Shown here: positions 24,042-38,659 of the stretch, in pieces
Numbering within the stretch: the stretch's first letter is position 1
Layout: each line of letters starts with the position of its first letter
Source of the DNA: Octopus vulgaris
Lineage: Eukaryota
Direction: 5' to 3'
Assembly (NCBI GenBank): GCA_951406725.2
Contig: OX597836.1
Coordinates: forward strand, 30,194,001-30,258,000
Length of the DNA: 64,000 nt
Position numbers and translations under genes: made by a program
The notes under the pieces: model-generated
Databases searched by the model: none
Seen by the model: the letters and a program-made list of their open reading frames with translations, nothing else
Told to the model about the DNA's origin: nothing

Positions 24042-24733
24042 CTAAAGAGATGAAGCAATAAAGCAGAAACTTTCACAGAAATATATAAGATACTAGCTCA
24101 GTTACTGACAATTGTCCACCATCAAGTTTTCAGTTCAGCTGGTCAAGCTGGGTGTATGTATGGTTCAAACTGATAGGGGTGGATATTTAATCTGATCAGC
24201 TTCAGATGGCTGCAAAGACAAAGTTGCCACTTCAAATTGTTACTAATTTTGTTAGGAATAATTAGGGAATTGTTAACAGGCCATGCTATTGTACTAACTG
24301 GTTCTGTGGTTAATATAGATATATATACACACATATATATAGGTGTGTGTGTATGTATATGTGTGTGTGTGTGCATATATATATATCTAAACTGATGAAG
24401 GGTCATCTCTCGGTTTACTCGTCCTATTTTTCGTTTTTTTCTCTCGCTTACGTATTTCATGTTGTTTACACAGTTGGTGACGTCCTGTACCCATATATGC
24501 ATATATATTATTCATTATTATTATTATTATTATATATATAAATAGATAGATAGATAGATAGATAGAGAGAGAGATATATAATTATATTCAGATAAAAAAA
24601 AAAAAGACAAATGATTGCATAGCATTGTACCTAGGCACTACAGGTGTGAAAATGAGTTGAAACAATTATAGTGGTTTTGAATAAAGAATCTGACAAATTC
24701 CATTTTTCTGTCTCTGATGTATGTATATATGTA

Positions 24734-24794
<61 letters not shown>

Positions 24795-25049
24795 AATCTA
24801 TTAGAGTAGGGTTGTTTTTGCTGTTTCCTATATAGGCATAGTTGTTGTTCAGCTCCTGGTCATTCTTGACTGAGGGGATCCATGACTGTTGGTTTGTTTA
24901 CATTCAGGTAGTTTAGCAGTTTGTCAAACGAAGCCGACAGAGTTCGTACCAGACATTAAAAATAAGTGCTGGGGTTGAAAGGTTCGACAAAAGTCTTCAT
25001 AGCAGTGCCCCAGTATAGTTTAGTCCAATAATTGAAACAAAAATATGCA

Positions 25050-25285
25050 CAGAGAAAATCACACCTTTAATTGTAGAATTCATCATACAAAGCCAACAGT
25101 TGTTTTTGTTGTATTAACATATTCAGATATAGAAAATATCATTGAAATTAATATTTCCGAAAATACGGTAATACAATGTTTTCAAGGCGATCCAAAATTA
25201 GTTAAATCCAAAGTTAAATTATGTTAAAGAAATAATTGTTGGCTTTGCATGGTGAATTCTACAATTAAAGATGTGATTTTCTCTA
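25050..25285. mobile_element. MITE with ~70-bp TIRs
   Basis: agagaaaatcacacctttaattgtagaattc... / ...gaattctacaattaaagatgtgattttctct. Confidence 0.75.
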
Positions 25286-25321
25286 TACTTATTTTTCTTG
25301 TCTAATACTCTGGATCTCTCA

Positions 25322-25740
25322 AATTCTTTTAAATGATAGACACCCATAAAATTATTAACCATCTTACTAACAATAACTCTGAGCATCTTTTCAAGCTCCA
25401 CCTGTCTAATACCCATCGACATATTTACAAAGTCAGAAAACAGCACAGCTCCCATGACTTTCGGAAACACTTTTTCATGCTAAGAGTTGCTGAAGCATGG
25501 AACAAACTGCCGGCATCAGTTGTTAGTTGTCGGAGCACTGCATCCTTCAAAACTTCCATGCTTCCTGAGATTCGCTAACACTACACCTGATTTTCTCCCC
25601 TCCATACACACGCAAGCATGTATCTGACTCATACACTGTTCACTTTCCAGACATTTGTACATTACTGCATATACTTTATATGCACTTTTGACAAGTTGTG
25701 GTGCACCTGAGCACTGTATACAATAATTTCATTATATTAT
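25322..25740 (+). mobile_element. CR1/L2-type LINE 3' end (ORF2 C-terminus + 3'UTR); shorter copy at 54187-54411 (-)
   Basis: HKIIN...FRKHFFMLRVAEAWNKLPASVV...SFK motif; (ATT)-like tail. Confidence 0.85.
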
Positions 25741-25825
25741 ACACGAGGAATTACCTTGGCTGTGTATTCTACTTGCATTTATTGATGTCTGATTGTTGGA
25801 TATAGTTAACCAAATTCGTTTAAAA

Positions 25826-26050
25826 CTGACTGACTGACTTGACAGCATTCACCCAGGGTGGGTTGAGCTGGCTTCATTCATCCTCAATGCTGCATCTCTC
25901 ACAAATGCTGACCAGGCCTGGTGATTTGAGACTAACGACCATGTGATCTCCAACCACTCCTTATTCCAGCGGCGAATGCCGTAGATATGGGGGCCTAGGT
26001 TGGGTTCCAGATCAGCCTTGACTGTCATCAGCCAGGTTTTTCGTTGTCCG
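25826..26050 (-). mobile_element. RTE LINE 3' end (SR2/Perere-like C-terminus)
   Basis: GQRKTWLMTVKADLEPNLGPHIYGIRRWNKEW...AWSAFVRD, then (CAGT)n tail. Confidence 0.75.
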
Positions 26051-26675
26051 TTTATTTGAGGAATATTTGATCCTTCAAATATTCCTCATTCCTCATGTTT
26101 AAAACTGAGTGCTTTATTGATATCTGCATGGATTTTTTAATCCCTTTTTTCCTTCTTACATAGTATATAAATATATATACTAACTTTCATCATTATGGGG
26201 TTCATTTTTCTTTCGGAATATGTAAGTGGGACATGAAAAAATATGGTTGAGAATCACTTTTTTTAAAAATAAAGACCAGCATTGGATAATGTAGGCTTCC
26301 CCAGAACTCTAGAAAGATAGAAGCTGTGAGTCATAACTGAAAGGAGTAGGTCATTACTTCCTAGTGTGTCTTTGATCATAAGTCTGCTTGATCATAGCTG
26401 ATCAAGGGCTGAAGTACAACAGTACAAAACTATAAATTCTAATTAAAAAGTGTTTTTCTACAGAAGTGCTAAATTATTCTCTGATTCCAAGACAAAGCAA
26501 TCCTGCCCCTAATCACTCCCTGTTACCTGCTTTCTATAGAGTTCATGAACATTGAGTAAGAAGCGTGGGGTTGATCTGAAGCAAGGGATGGAATAATTTA
26601 TGATGTATCTGTACAATATAAATATGAGGAAGTTTACATAAAACAAGAACTGAAAGCACAAGAAGATAGATAAAA

Positions 26676-26775
<100 letters not shown>

Positions 26776-26784
26776 TATATATAT

Positions 26785-26822
<38 letters not shown>

Positions 26823-27071
26823 GATAGATAGAAAGAGAGAGAGAGAATGAGAGTTGCCAATAAAGAAGTTATCAACAACAAACCAATCAATATATCCTAT
26901 AAATCAACACGTGTTTCGGAAGAAATCAATAGTTCAATAGAGTCAATATATCAACAGACATACAAATCAAAACAAAGTAAATAATAATAATAATAATAAT
27001 AATAATAGTAATGATGATGATGATGATGATGATGATATGGAAACATATTTGTAAAAAAAAAATGGACTTAC

Positions 27072-27180
27072 ATCTTCAGCTAGTGTATCCTCGTCCATTC
27101 CTTTTGATTTTTCTTTGCTTTTACGTCCAGGAGACCGAGTACGTTTAGATTCCGGCAATGGACTATAATCTACATTTTTC
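27072..27180 (-). CDS. Internal coding exon (109 nt, phase 2 to phase 0) of the same gene
   Basis: Acceptor tttttatgtcttgtag|G and donor GAAGAT|gtaagt. AC (previous exon) + G = Thr, then KNVDYSPLPESKRTRSPGRKSKEKSKGMDEDTLAED. Phase matches exon 57471-57684. Confidence 0.8.
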
Positions 27181-27724
27181 CTACAAGACATAAAAAGATT
27201 TATGTAAGTTAAAACAGCGAGTTTGATGTTGGCAGAAATTTATTTCATATACGTTCTTTTAATATCTCTCTTTCTCTTTTTTCCACTGTATATGTATACA
27301 CGCACACACATGCACATACACACACACACACACACAGCTGAAGTGTACAAATCAGGAAAAACACAAGTACTCAACATACACTGTGAGTTCAGATATTGTG
27401 TATAAACAGCTTGACCCAGAACTGCATTATTTCAAGTTTCACTGTTGCAAGACGTCTGATTTTTGGGTGCTTAGATGCAAGTGATGAGCTGCACACAGCT
27501 TTAAATATGTCTGATTGGATGGTGAGTGAAGCCTGTTCTCATTCTCATTGGCCAGTTCAGATCATGAATGAAATCAGTATCTCAGCAGCTAGTGGCTACT
27601 ACAGAATGGGAACCAGCTTCCGGCACAATAAACAGAAGTCATCACATTTCTTTCATTATAAATTCCAATGAAACTAAAAGTTTCAGCAAAGTTTATAAAA
27701 TGGTATTAATAGTTTGTTCCTTCT

Positions 27725-28211
27725 CAAGCCAGCCGGTTGCCCGGTTTCCTTGGCGTATAGGTTACCCACCTGGACGGGACGCCGGTGAGATACAAGATGC
27801 AGGAGGAAAGAGTGAGAGAAAGTTGTGGTGAAAGAGTCAGCAGAAGTTTGCCATTATCTTCTGCCAGAGTCGCGTGGAGCTTAGGTGTTTTGCACATATA
27901 TTTCTTTACTACCCACAAGGGGGCTAAACATAGAGGGGACAAACAAGGACAGACAAAGGGATTAAGTCGATTACATCGACCCCAGTGCGAAACTGGCACT
28001 TTACTTATCGACCCCGAAAGGATGAAAGGCAAAGTCGACCTCGGTGGAATTTGAACTTAGAAACCTAACGACAGATGAAATACCGCTAAGCATTTTACCC
28101 GCCACGCTAACGTTTCTGCCAGAAATATACACATCGCCCGGTCTGAGATTCAAACCCGTGATCCCTCGACTGCGAGTCCACTGCTCTAATTACTAGGCCA
28201 TGTGCCTCCAC
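27725..28211 (-). mobile_element. tRNA SINE (family D-like) with nested family B SINE at about 27897-28122
   Basis: Head gtggaggcacatggcctagt...gggtttgaatctc; body resumes after the B insert. Confidence 0.75.
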
Positions 28212-28782
28212 ATCAATGGTTAATATCTTATGTTAACAAAGAGATCCATTAGTAGCAGCAAAATTACAGTTGTCTTCTTACAGCATACATGGGCTGTTGT
28301 AATATGTGCAAGTTCTCATAGAGCTAAACTATGGCAGCTGCATTCACAGTTAAGAAGGAAAAAGACATTGTCAAGATTATTTCAGGTTATACTGGGTGGG
28401 ACATTTCCCTGGTTCTGTAATCTGGATAAAATAGGATAGGAAGGTGAAGTGTTGTTTGTCACATGCTAAGTCAACAGTCCCGTATAGTTCAAAAGGATAA
28501 GTCACGTATAGTTCAATGGATAATGTAGTCCTCCTCAGAATTCTAGTAAGATAGAATCTGTGAGTCATGACTGAAAGGAGTAGTCATTACTTTCTGGAGT
28601 ATCTGTGATCATAGGTCTACTTGATCATAGCAGTGAGAGTCATCATATACAACACTGCTTTGAGAACGCAGAATCATTTTAAGGGACAGTTTTATTTCAA
28701 TAGTTGCCGGTGGGTACCTATGGTGAAGCCTGCCTGCATGAGTGTGTCCTTCTTTCTGCAGTAGCATATGATGTCAAAAGTG

Positions 28783-29190
28783 ATCATCATCATCGTTTAA
28801 TGTCCGTTTTCCATGCTAGCATGGGTTGGACAGTTCGACAGGGGTCTGGGAAGCCTGGAGGCTGCACCAGGCTCCAGTCTGATCTGGCAGTGTTTCTACA
28901 ACTGGATACTCTTCCTAATGCCAACCACTCTGTGTGTATAGTGGGTGCTTTTTACGTGCCACCGGCACCGGGGCCAGAGGAGGCTGGCAATGGCCACGAT
29001 CGGTTGGTGCCTTTTATGTTCCACTGGCATGGAAGCCATCCAAGGCGACACTGGCATCGGCCACGCTTGGTTGGTGCTTTTTATGTACCACCCGCGCAGG
29101 TATCTCAACTACAATTTCCATTTGATTTTGATATACTCAATCGGTCTCCTCAAGCACAGCAGGTCACCCCACAATCCAAGGTAAGCACAG
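28783..29190 (-). mobile_element. RTE 3'UTR fragment (family C), long copy
   Basis: Three ggtgc(t/c)ttttta(c/t)gt units; extends into sequence shared with 45350-45450. Confidence 0.8.
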
Positions 29191-29489
29191 CAGGCAATCT
29201 AAAACAGAGTAATAGAGCTTGACATTTTATGTACCTAGATCTGCTGCTATTGACATAGGACAATAGGGATTGAAAAATCAGCAGTGTCAGTGCTGGATGA
29301 TTATCTGCTACTAATATATTTTTGTGCTTTCAAACACAGCATATCCATAAAGGTTATTATCTGTAGATGAATAACACAGATAATTTGCCTTTCATGATGT
29401 ATCTATATTAAGTATGATATACAAATAGGTATTTTAATCAAATACTGCTCCTGTGTGCACAGAACAGACAGACACACACATACACAGAT

Positions 29490-29640
29490 GTTGTTATATG
29501 GTAAGAAGTTTGTTTCTCGATCACATGGTTTTAGGTTTAGTCTTACTGGGTGGTATCTTGGGCAAGTGTTGCCTACTACGGCCCTGAATCAACCGATGCC
29601 TTCTGAATGGATTTAAAAGATGGAAACCAAAAGAAGGCAG

Positions 29641-29676
<36 letters not shown>

Positions 29677-29885
29677 GTCTCGTTGCCTTAACATCACATG
29701 ATAGTTGCAAACAAATGTTAGTCATGCAAGTGTTGTCCTTCATTTGCAATTCCCAGCAAATAATGTTTGGAACAGGTGAAAGTTGGTGACAGGAAAGGCA
29801 TTTGCCCTACAAAATCTACCTCAACAAATTCCATCTGACCCATGCAAACACAAAAAAAGTGGACATTATGATGATGATGATGATA
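29490..29885 (+). mobile_element. SINE family A2 (family A head, RTE-like (GAT)n tail). Similar copies at about 33123-33490, 40060-40450 (-), 51270-51810, 54010-54665 (-)
   Basis: cttgggcaagtg head/body, then ggtgacaggaaaggcat...acccatgc...ggacattatgatgat. Confidence 0.65.
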
Positions 29886-30558
29886 TGACATCAGTTTATT
29901 ATTCCTTTTGTACAATATTTAATTTTTATGAAAGAATCCTTAATAATCTCTAGAGTTACTTTTGATCAACAAGGCTTCTCTTCAGCCTTTAAATTTATAA
30001 CCTAATATTTTATAGCTGCATATGACAGCACATTATAATTGTCTGTTAATTGAAATTCCTTAATTATTAATAATTTCTTTCTCTTTTTTCATTAAATGTG
30101 CCAAATATTTTATAATACTTCAATATTCAAAAGTTTCCATTTGATTGCTGAAAGGGGATTTATAAAGATGCTTCTACTAATAATGATACAGGATATTTTT
30201 TGCTACTATTTGCCCATGCAAATCTGGTAATAGGAACAACCCAATGTGAAACAAAGGCTCCATTTTAACTGGTAACAGGATCATGCAAGATGTGACAAGT
30301 AGGTACCATGCTGAACTCATTAAGCATTTTAGTAATCAGTGATAACCCTTCAGCATCCAGATTACTCTGTCAAATGTAATGCTTATCCATTCACTTTGGT
30401 GTGAATTAATTATGTAGTATCTTATAGCTTATAGATTTTCATGATGTGATAGTTTACTTTTAGAATGACATTGTAGGGTAGGTGTGAGAGGTCAGATCTG
30501 GCCAGTTTGAACATAAAACGGGAAGAATATATAGGCTGGATATGGCTTGTTTAAATAC

Positions 30559-30786
30559 TTATTTCTTTACTACCCACAAGGGGCTAAACACAGAGAAGAC
30601 GAACAAGGACAGACAAACGGATTAAGTCGATTATATCGACCCCAGTAACTGGTACTTAATTTATCGACCCCAAAAGGATAAAAGGCAAAGTCGACCTCGG
30701 CGGAATTTGAACTCAGAACGTAGCAGCAGACGAAATACCGCTAAGCATTTCGCCCAGCGTACTAACGATTCTGCCAGGTCGCCGCC
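30559..30786 (-). mobile_element. Family B SINE inserted in a P1 MITE, 12-bp TSD
   Basis: ttgtttaaatac (30547-30558) and ttatttaaatac (30787-30798). Confidence 0.88.
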
Positions 30787-31422
30787 TTATTTAAATACTA
30801 AAAGGTTAAATACATATGATATATGCATGGATTATGGATGTATATATATATATGTACATGTGGTGTACAATTAACAGAGAAGAATAAAAGAACTAGAATG
30901 ATTATAAAAATGGCAAATTCTTTACAAAAGTGAATCCTTTACTTCAAACAGACTGAGTAAGCCCCTCAACATTATCGATCCATACCAACTGGCCTACCTG
31001 CTCCCTCAACCGTTCCGGCTCATACTTACCTGCATGCTACCATTGCTTTGTAAATAATTGCTTTTGTTAAGAATTTGCTATTTAGGGAGCAGAGCAGGTT
31101 TTCATTTGTCCTGTGGTTACATTCGCTTTACTGGCATGTTGTTCTGACCAGCACTTCGAAGTTTACTCAATTATTATGCTGCCGAAATATTTCGTGCAGC
31201 TTGCCAACATGACAACTTTGCTCTCCTCCAATACAATGGATATTATAATACATTTTTAGAGTTTGCTCGAAACAGAAATAACACATTATAAAACCTCCCC
31301 TTTGAATCATTGTGAAGCTGTGATTTCCAACAACTGTCCATGTAAGCATGGAAGACAAACATAAAACATGAATGATGACCATGTTGAAAACAAACATAAT
31401 AAATTTGCATATCTTTCCTTCA

Positions 31423-31467
<45 letters not shown>

Positions 31468-31795
31468 TGTAAATGCATATTTGTGATTTGTGTATGCTGC
31501 ACCATCAATAATATTTCAACATGAACAAAGACAAAGGACTCAAACCAAACAGAAAGTGGAAAGCGATAGACAGAAACGCAGCTATAATATATTTCTAGAT
31601 GGCAGTATAGGGAGCTGTCTTGTGTGTAAATAACAGCTGATAATGTCATCAGAAATAGAAAATATATAAGAAAAGGGGATTTTATAACTTCAGGATACAG
31701 AAACAGTACTCTCACCATCCAAACTTACTCGCTGCTTCTGATCTTTAAAAGATGTGGTGTGTGTATATCATCTATTTGTATGAGTGTGTGTGCTT

Positions 31796-31966
31796 ATATA
31801 ATATATATATATATATATATATACATACATACATACATATATATATATACATACATACATATATATATATATACATATATATATACATATGTATATACAT
31901 ATATATACATACATATATATATATACATATATATATATACATATGTATATACATATATATACATAC

Positions 31967-31998
<32 letters not shown>

Positions 31999-32104
31999 GT
32001 ATATACATATGTATATACATACATATATATATATACATATATATATACATATATATATATACATATGTATATACATATATATATATACATATGTATATAT
32101 ATAC

Positions 32105-32158
<54 letters not shown>

Positions 32159-32436
32159 GTATATACATATATATATATATACATATATATATATACATAT
32201 GTATATACATATATATATATACATATGTATATACATATATATATATACATATATATACATACATATATATACATATATATATATACATATGTATATACAT
32301 ATATATATATATATACATATGTATATACATATATATATATATACATATATATATACATATGTATATACATATATATATACATATATACATATATATATAT
32401 ATACACATATACATATATATATATATACACATATAC

Positions 32437-32467
<31 letters not shown>

Positions 32468-32790
32468 CACATATACATATATATATATACACATATACAT
32501 ATATATATATATACACATATACATATATATATATATACACATATACATATATATATATACATATATATATATTTATATATACACATATATATAAACATAT
32601 ATATATATATATATATACACATATATATAAACATATATATATATATATATATACACATACACATATTTAAACTTATATATTTAGTATATTATATATATAT
32701 ATATTTAATAGTATATACACATAAACACACACAATATACACAAACATCACATAAACCCTTACATATATCTATATGATATATGTGTAGACA
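31796..32790. repeat. ~1-kb compound (TA)n/(TACA)n microsatellite
   Basis: Low-complexity array; source of the Y/I/H/T-rich ORFs. Confidence 0.97.
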
Positions 32791-35700
32791 CATATACACA
32801 TTATATATAAGATTAATCTGATTGTTCCAGTTGTTCTGGCTCTGAAACAACACATGAATGAACTAATGTGAACATTCAGAATTAAGGATTAGTTGGACAA
32901 GAATGTAGAAAGCAGAAGATAGGCACAGCCATTGTTGCATGTGTGTTATGAGGAAATCTGCTTTACAGCCACATATTTCCAGGTTTAATCCTTAACTGCA
33001 TGGTATCTTGGGCATGTGTCTTCTACCTTAGCCTCAGTTTTGCCCAATATAAGTGATTAGAATTTGATACATGAAAAGTGTGCAAAAGTCAAGAATATAC
33101 GAATGTATATGTGTATGCATGTGCAGGCATGGCTGTGTGGTAAAAAGTTTGCTTTCTAATCACATGGTTCCAGGTTCAATCCCACTGTATGGCAGCGGCC
33201 TGAGCAACTGTCTTCTACAATAAGCCTAAGTTAATTGAAGCTCTGTGAGTAGATTTGGTAAATGGAAACTGAAAGAAGCCTGTTGTGTATGTGTGTGCTC
33301 TGTGTGTGTGTGTGTGTATTACTGTCTCCTTGCCTTGACATCACATGATAGTTATAAATGGATGTCATTATCGTGCAAGAGATCTCTGTTTTTAATCCCC
33401 CATGAAAACATGTCTGGCCAGGGGGAGATATCACCTTACTCGGATATAGGTGAGGGTTGACAAGAAGAAGAAGAATATGCCTTCATGTAGAAATTGTCCT
33501 CTACTATAGGCACAAGGTCTGGAATTTTGACAGGAGGTGTTTAGTTATTGATCCCCTTGATCAACTGGTATTTATTTCATCAACCTCAAAAGGATGAAAG
33601 ACCAAGTTAACCTTGGTAGAATATGAACTCAGAATGTAAAGCTAGAAGTACTGCCAAGCATTTGGCCCAGTGTAGTAACAATTCTGCCAGCTTGTTGTTT
33701 TAACCTTTAACACTGCATTTTCTCTAGAATTGTTTCCCCTGCCACTGCTTTGTTACTACAGGGGAGAAAACTTATACAGTAACATGATGCCCCTACAGTG
33801 TGCTAAAGGTTAATATCACAGAAATTATGAAGGGAATATTTTAATCTATATATGAATACTTTGAAACAGTATTTGCTAATTTTTTTCCTTTATATTTTTC
33901 TTTATCTGTTCACCATTCCAATTTCCTACACATATGATGAGAAAAATAAAGCCTTGTACTGGTTGCTCTCAAACAGGTTCCTTTCCAAATCTACTACAGT
34001 AGAAACAGCCAGCATCCTGGGGTCACAAAACATCTCTCTCTAGATAACACAATCAAGATATAGATTGTCATCTATGGGATGAACCCTGCAAGGCAAAATG
34101 GCTCTTTCAGCACATCTCCCTTGCCATTCTTCAAAGTAATACATTTGCCATTTTGTCTGCTGGGACGACAAAATATTTGCATGACTCATAGCAATATATC
34201 TCTCAATAAACGATTTTGTTATGAACATTGAAAATTCAATCATATTAACCGAAACTATCTTACACAATTTATATTACATAACAATATATTTAATATTTAT
34301 TTTTAAATTTATCTAATAAACTAAACAAATAAATCTAGTGAACATTATGTACAATGATGAAGAATTATTCAATGTAAAGACTATTTCCCCACTGTAATCC
34401 CCAAATATCCCCCAGGATTCTTAAAATTTCCATGCAGTAGGGGATGGGGGCAGGGGGGAAAGAGAGATTTCTCCCAGTTGAGAATTGCTGCTTTAAACCA
34501 ATTGTTTATATCGTAGAATCAGAGGTGATTCCAGGTAGTTTGATGCAAAAAAGTTTTAAACCGACAACTTTTGCATTATAGGAGTGGAGAAGTCATAGGT
34601 GGGATGGCATCAAATGGTGTAATAGATAACTTTTGTTAAGGGGAGATAATTATTCAAAATTACTATATTGTATTGTATCTTGGGAAGGTCATTACACTAA
34701 TAATAAACACACATGCTAGTTAAATTTCACTTTATTACTAGTCAATTGGTTAGTTATTTAACCACCAACTAATCACTCACTTGCTTAATTAAACAATTAA
34801 TCAGTTGTTTGTCAAAGTCCTTTGGCCATAATTCACACCCTCATCAATGACATGCCCAATCACATCCAGTTTTGTGTCAATAACTAACCAACTAACAAAT
34901 AATAAAGCAGTGAAGCTAAACTAGTGCATGGGTTTATTATTGGCACAATAACCAACCTCACCCAAATACACAACAAAGTCTGTTTCAACACACAAATTCA
35001 TATTAGGAATCTTGTAAACTATATACAAAAATTAAATAATATATTGTACTCCCTACTGAAACAATGCTGAATAACTAAGTTACCAATGTTGTTTAGTTCT
35101 AGACCTGATCTTAGTAGATTTTCTATCAAAGATGTTCCAGTCATAAACACCCACTCTTTTTAAGCGTATCTAGGAGTACATTATCTAATGTGTTGTTCTT
35201 TCCTTTCTAGAAGCAATAGGATATGATTTGAGGGAGACTCAACTACTATTTTTAGCAAACCACATAAAAGATCATTCACAGACTAGTCAAATATACAGTT
35301 ATTGCTGATGTTTAGCCCCAGGTCAACCATGATTAAGCTATCTAGTCAACAATGGCATTCCAGCAGTGACCACCCCATCACTTTATATACCTAGGACAAT
35401 ATTGTACAGTGCATTTTCGTTATTTAAGATAGTAGAGAGTGATTTCAGGGAGTCAAGCTATTATTTCTACTAGACATAGTGACCACAAAAAGAGCCTATA
35501 ACTGGCTCATCAAACATGCTCAAACTTGAGAGTTAATTATTTGGCCAAGAATAAAGTGTTGTAATATCTGTACTTCAAGTGGTGAATTAGCAGAGTTGTT
35601 AAGGTTGTAGGATAGAATGCTTTGTGATACTTGTTTCAGCTCTCAGTGTTCTGTATTAAAATCCCACTGAGGTTAATTTTATCTTTTATCCTTTTGTAGT

Positions 35701-36409
35701 CAATAAATAAAGTACCAGTCCAATGAGGGGGTTGATTTTTTTCTCTCCCCAAAGCAAAAGAAATTGTCAGTAGTCCAGGAGAGGGCTCTGCCAGGTTTAA
35801 GTGCCTAAGCCATATCCTTTGCCATGAAAGCTCTCCTATAATCCCATCAGGAGTTGGGAGCTCAAAGGGAGGTAAATGTCTGTACTTATCACCTTAATTA
35901 AAATCTAATATGTTACGAATAATAATGGGTGTTTCAAGTTTAAGCTTATTTTTACAAAAAGGCAAAGAGCTAGAGACTTGGTTTGCCTTTACCACAGGTT
36001 GGACTGGTACTGGAGTTGAAACATAGAACATTTATCAGAGGCTTGTGAATGTATGTCAGACTTCTGTCTGTAACTTGCAGAGTCTTGGAGTGCTTTCTCT
36101 ATATAAATCTCTCAATCTTGTTAGAAACCTAAGATTTTAGCAAAATGCAGTTAGTCCAATACGTAAAGCATAAAAAATATAATTATAGCATGAATTTGAA
36201 TGAAATTTGCTGATGTGATATAACGATCATTGATGTACACAGTGAATGAGTTTTTCAACTTATTATTGATTTTTACCTGTTGCCATGTCCTTTCACCTGC
36301 CAATGTAGGTTGAATATAGTTAAACTAATTACACATAGATGTTTTCACATATATTTATTTATAAGATATTGATTCCTAGATAAAAAGTTCCTAATTAGTT
36401 CATAAATGG

Positions 36410-36480
<71 letters not shown>

Positions 36481-37157
36481 TTCAAATTTTGCCACAAGGG
36501 CAGAAATTTGGGTGAGGGGATGAGTCAATTACATGAACCCCAGTGTTTCACTGGTACTTAATTTATCAACCTCGAAAGCATGAACAGTAAAGTTGACCCC
36601 ATCAGAATTTGAACTCAGGATGTAAAGACATGTAAAATGCCACTAAGCATTTCACCCAGCATGCTGCCAGCTCGCCGCCTTACTAATAATAATGGTTTCA
36701 AATTTTGCCACAAGGGCAGCCATTTTGAGAGAGGGGACTAGTTAATTACATCAACTCCACAGTTTCGCTAGTACTTAATCAATCCTGAAAGGATGAAAGG
36801 TACAGTCGACCTCAGCAGAATTTGAACTCAGAATATAGCAATGAGCGAAATACTGCTAATCATTTCATCTGGCATGCTAACAATTCTGCCAGCTCACCAC
36901 CTTTGCCTTCAGCATCATCATCATCGTTTAGCGTCCGTTTTCCATGCTAGCATGGGTTGGACGGTTCAACTGGGGTCTGTGAAGCCAGAAGGCTATTCAT
37001 CAGGCCCAGTCAGATCTGGTAGAGTTTCTACAGCTGGATGCCCTTCCTAACGCCAACCACTCCGTGAGTGTAGTGGGTGCTTTTTACGTGCCACCCGCAC
37101 AGGTGCCAGACAGAGCTGGCAAACGGCCACAAACGGATGGTGCTTTTTATGTGCCAC
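36410..37157 (-). mobile_element. (AAT)n, two tandem family B SINEs (about 36480-36680, 36690-36900) and an RTE 3'UTR fragment (36912-37157)
   Basis: Repeated gaatttgaactcag / gccagctc motifs and the family C motif. Confidence 0.8.
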
Positions 37158-37519
37158 ACTCTACAAAAATATAGAGCAACCCACCAGATTTAATGTAAAA
37201 TTGTGTTTATTATAACTGAACATAAAAACAAACATTAGTCTATGTGTGTGTGTGTGTATTACAGAAAACAATGCTTTCAACAAGGCATTAAGAGGCCATC
37301 AGTAAATTTTCATTGTGCTGGAGTATGTATACTCATATCTGAGGAAACCACTTCACTTATTGTTTGGAATATTCCCAAGAGAAAATAATCAACAGTACAA
37401 ACTCTACCTTCTCCATTTCTTCAGCCTCCCACATTTTTACTCATCTCCCTCCATCCACCCATCCAGTGTGTTCATTTGCTTCAGGCATGGGCCCATTTTT
37501 TCATGAAATGGGTGACATG

Positions 37520-38160
37520 ATAGGCACATTGTTAGCAAACTTTGAGGTGGGGGTTAGTTGATTATATCGACCCCAGTGCACAAACCCCAAAAGGGTGAAA
37601 GCAAAGTTGACCTCAGTGGAATTTGAACTCAGGATGTAATGACAGGTGAAATACTGCTACGCCTTTTGCCCAGTGTGCTAACGATTCTGCCAGCTTGACA
37701 CCTTATTAATAATCCTTTTTACTGGAAGCACAAGGCTTCAAATTTGAAGGAAGGGATTAAGTCGATTACATTGACCACAGTGCGTAACTGGTACTAAATT
37801 TACTGACCCCAAAAGGATGAAAGGCAAAGTTGACCTTAGCGGAATTTGAACTCAAAATGTAGCAACAAGCAAAATACCTATTTCTTTACTACCCACAAGG
37901 GGCTAAACACAGAAGGGACAAACAAGGACAGACAAATGGATTAGTCGATTATATCGACCCCAGTGCGTAACTGGTACTTATTTAATTGAACCCGAAAGGA
38001 TGAAAGGCAAAGTTGACCTCGGTGGAATTTGAACTCAGAACATAACGGCAGACGAAATATGGCTACACATTTCGCCCGGCGTGCTAACGTTTCTGCCAGC
38101 TTGCCGCAACAGGCAAAATACCGCAAAGCATTTCATAAAGTATACTAACAATTTTGCCAG
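37520..38160 (-). mobile_element. Cluster of three stacked/nested family B SINEs
   Basis: Three aaagttgacct..ggaatttgaactc segments; the youngest (about 37878-38106) is inserted in another copy. Confidence 0.8.
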
Positions 38161-38415
38161 GTCATTGCTTTTTTTAATAATAACAAATAAAACCTTATTG
38201 AAGAACTTACTGAGTTCTAACTCACTCGCCACTTGAGGTATTAACTATTATTACGCTTGAAAATTGAAGAGCAAAAACCCCAGGGAAATCTACTTGATAA
38301 AAAGCAAAAAATAAACACATTCAGACAGGAGGCCTTTTGACAGGAAGTTATTTCCAAAATGAAGCTCAACTTTTTCCTTGCAGGGAAGAAGTGCTTAATT
38401 CCAGTTTTTGGACTC

Positions 38416-38659
38416 TTAACCCTTTTACTGTGGAAATCAGCAGTTATTCGAGATTTCATTTACCTTCAGAGAGCTATTTCATATACCAATCTATCTTTCG
38501 TTGAGGAATGTCATGTGTGAAACTACTTTCTGTCGATATATGTCAAAATTATTGTGGCAACATGACTTACAGGAAATAGCAATTCTATTTTCTTTGGTAG
38601 ATATTTAAACATCTTTACTAGAATAACTGTGAAAGTTAATTTCCTGGTTAAAGGGTTAA
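38416..38659. mobile_element. TTAA-flanked MITE, different internal sequence
   Basis: ttaaccctttta ... taaagggttaa. Confidence 0.6.

Noticed and set aside
27510-27555. Two ATTGG (CCAAT) boxes as an internal promoter
   Set aside because: Short motifs expected by chance; no other support.
28704-29222. 172-aa ORF and similar ORFs at 4424-4802, 42797-43105, 54439-54837
   Set aside because: They lie in RTE 3'UTR or SINE repeats; chance frames.
31752-32776. Six ORFs of 248-303 aa
   Set aside because: Translations of a (TA)/(TACA) microsatellite lacking stop codons; not genes.
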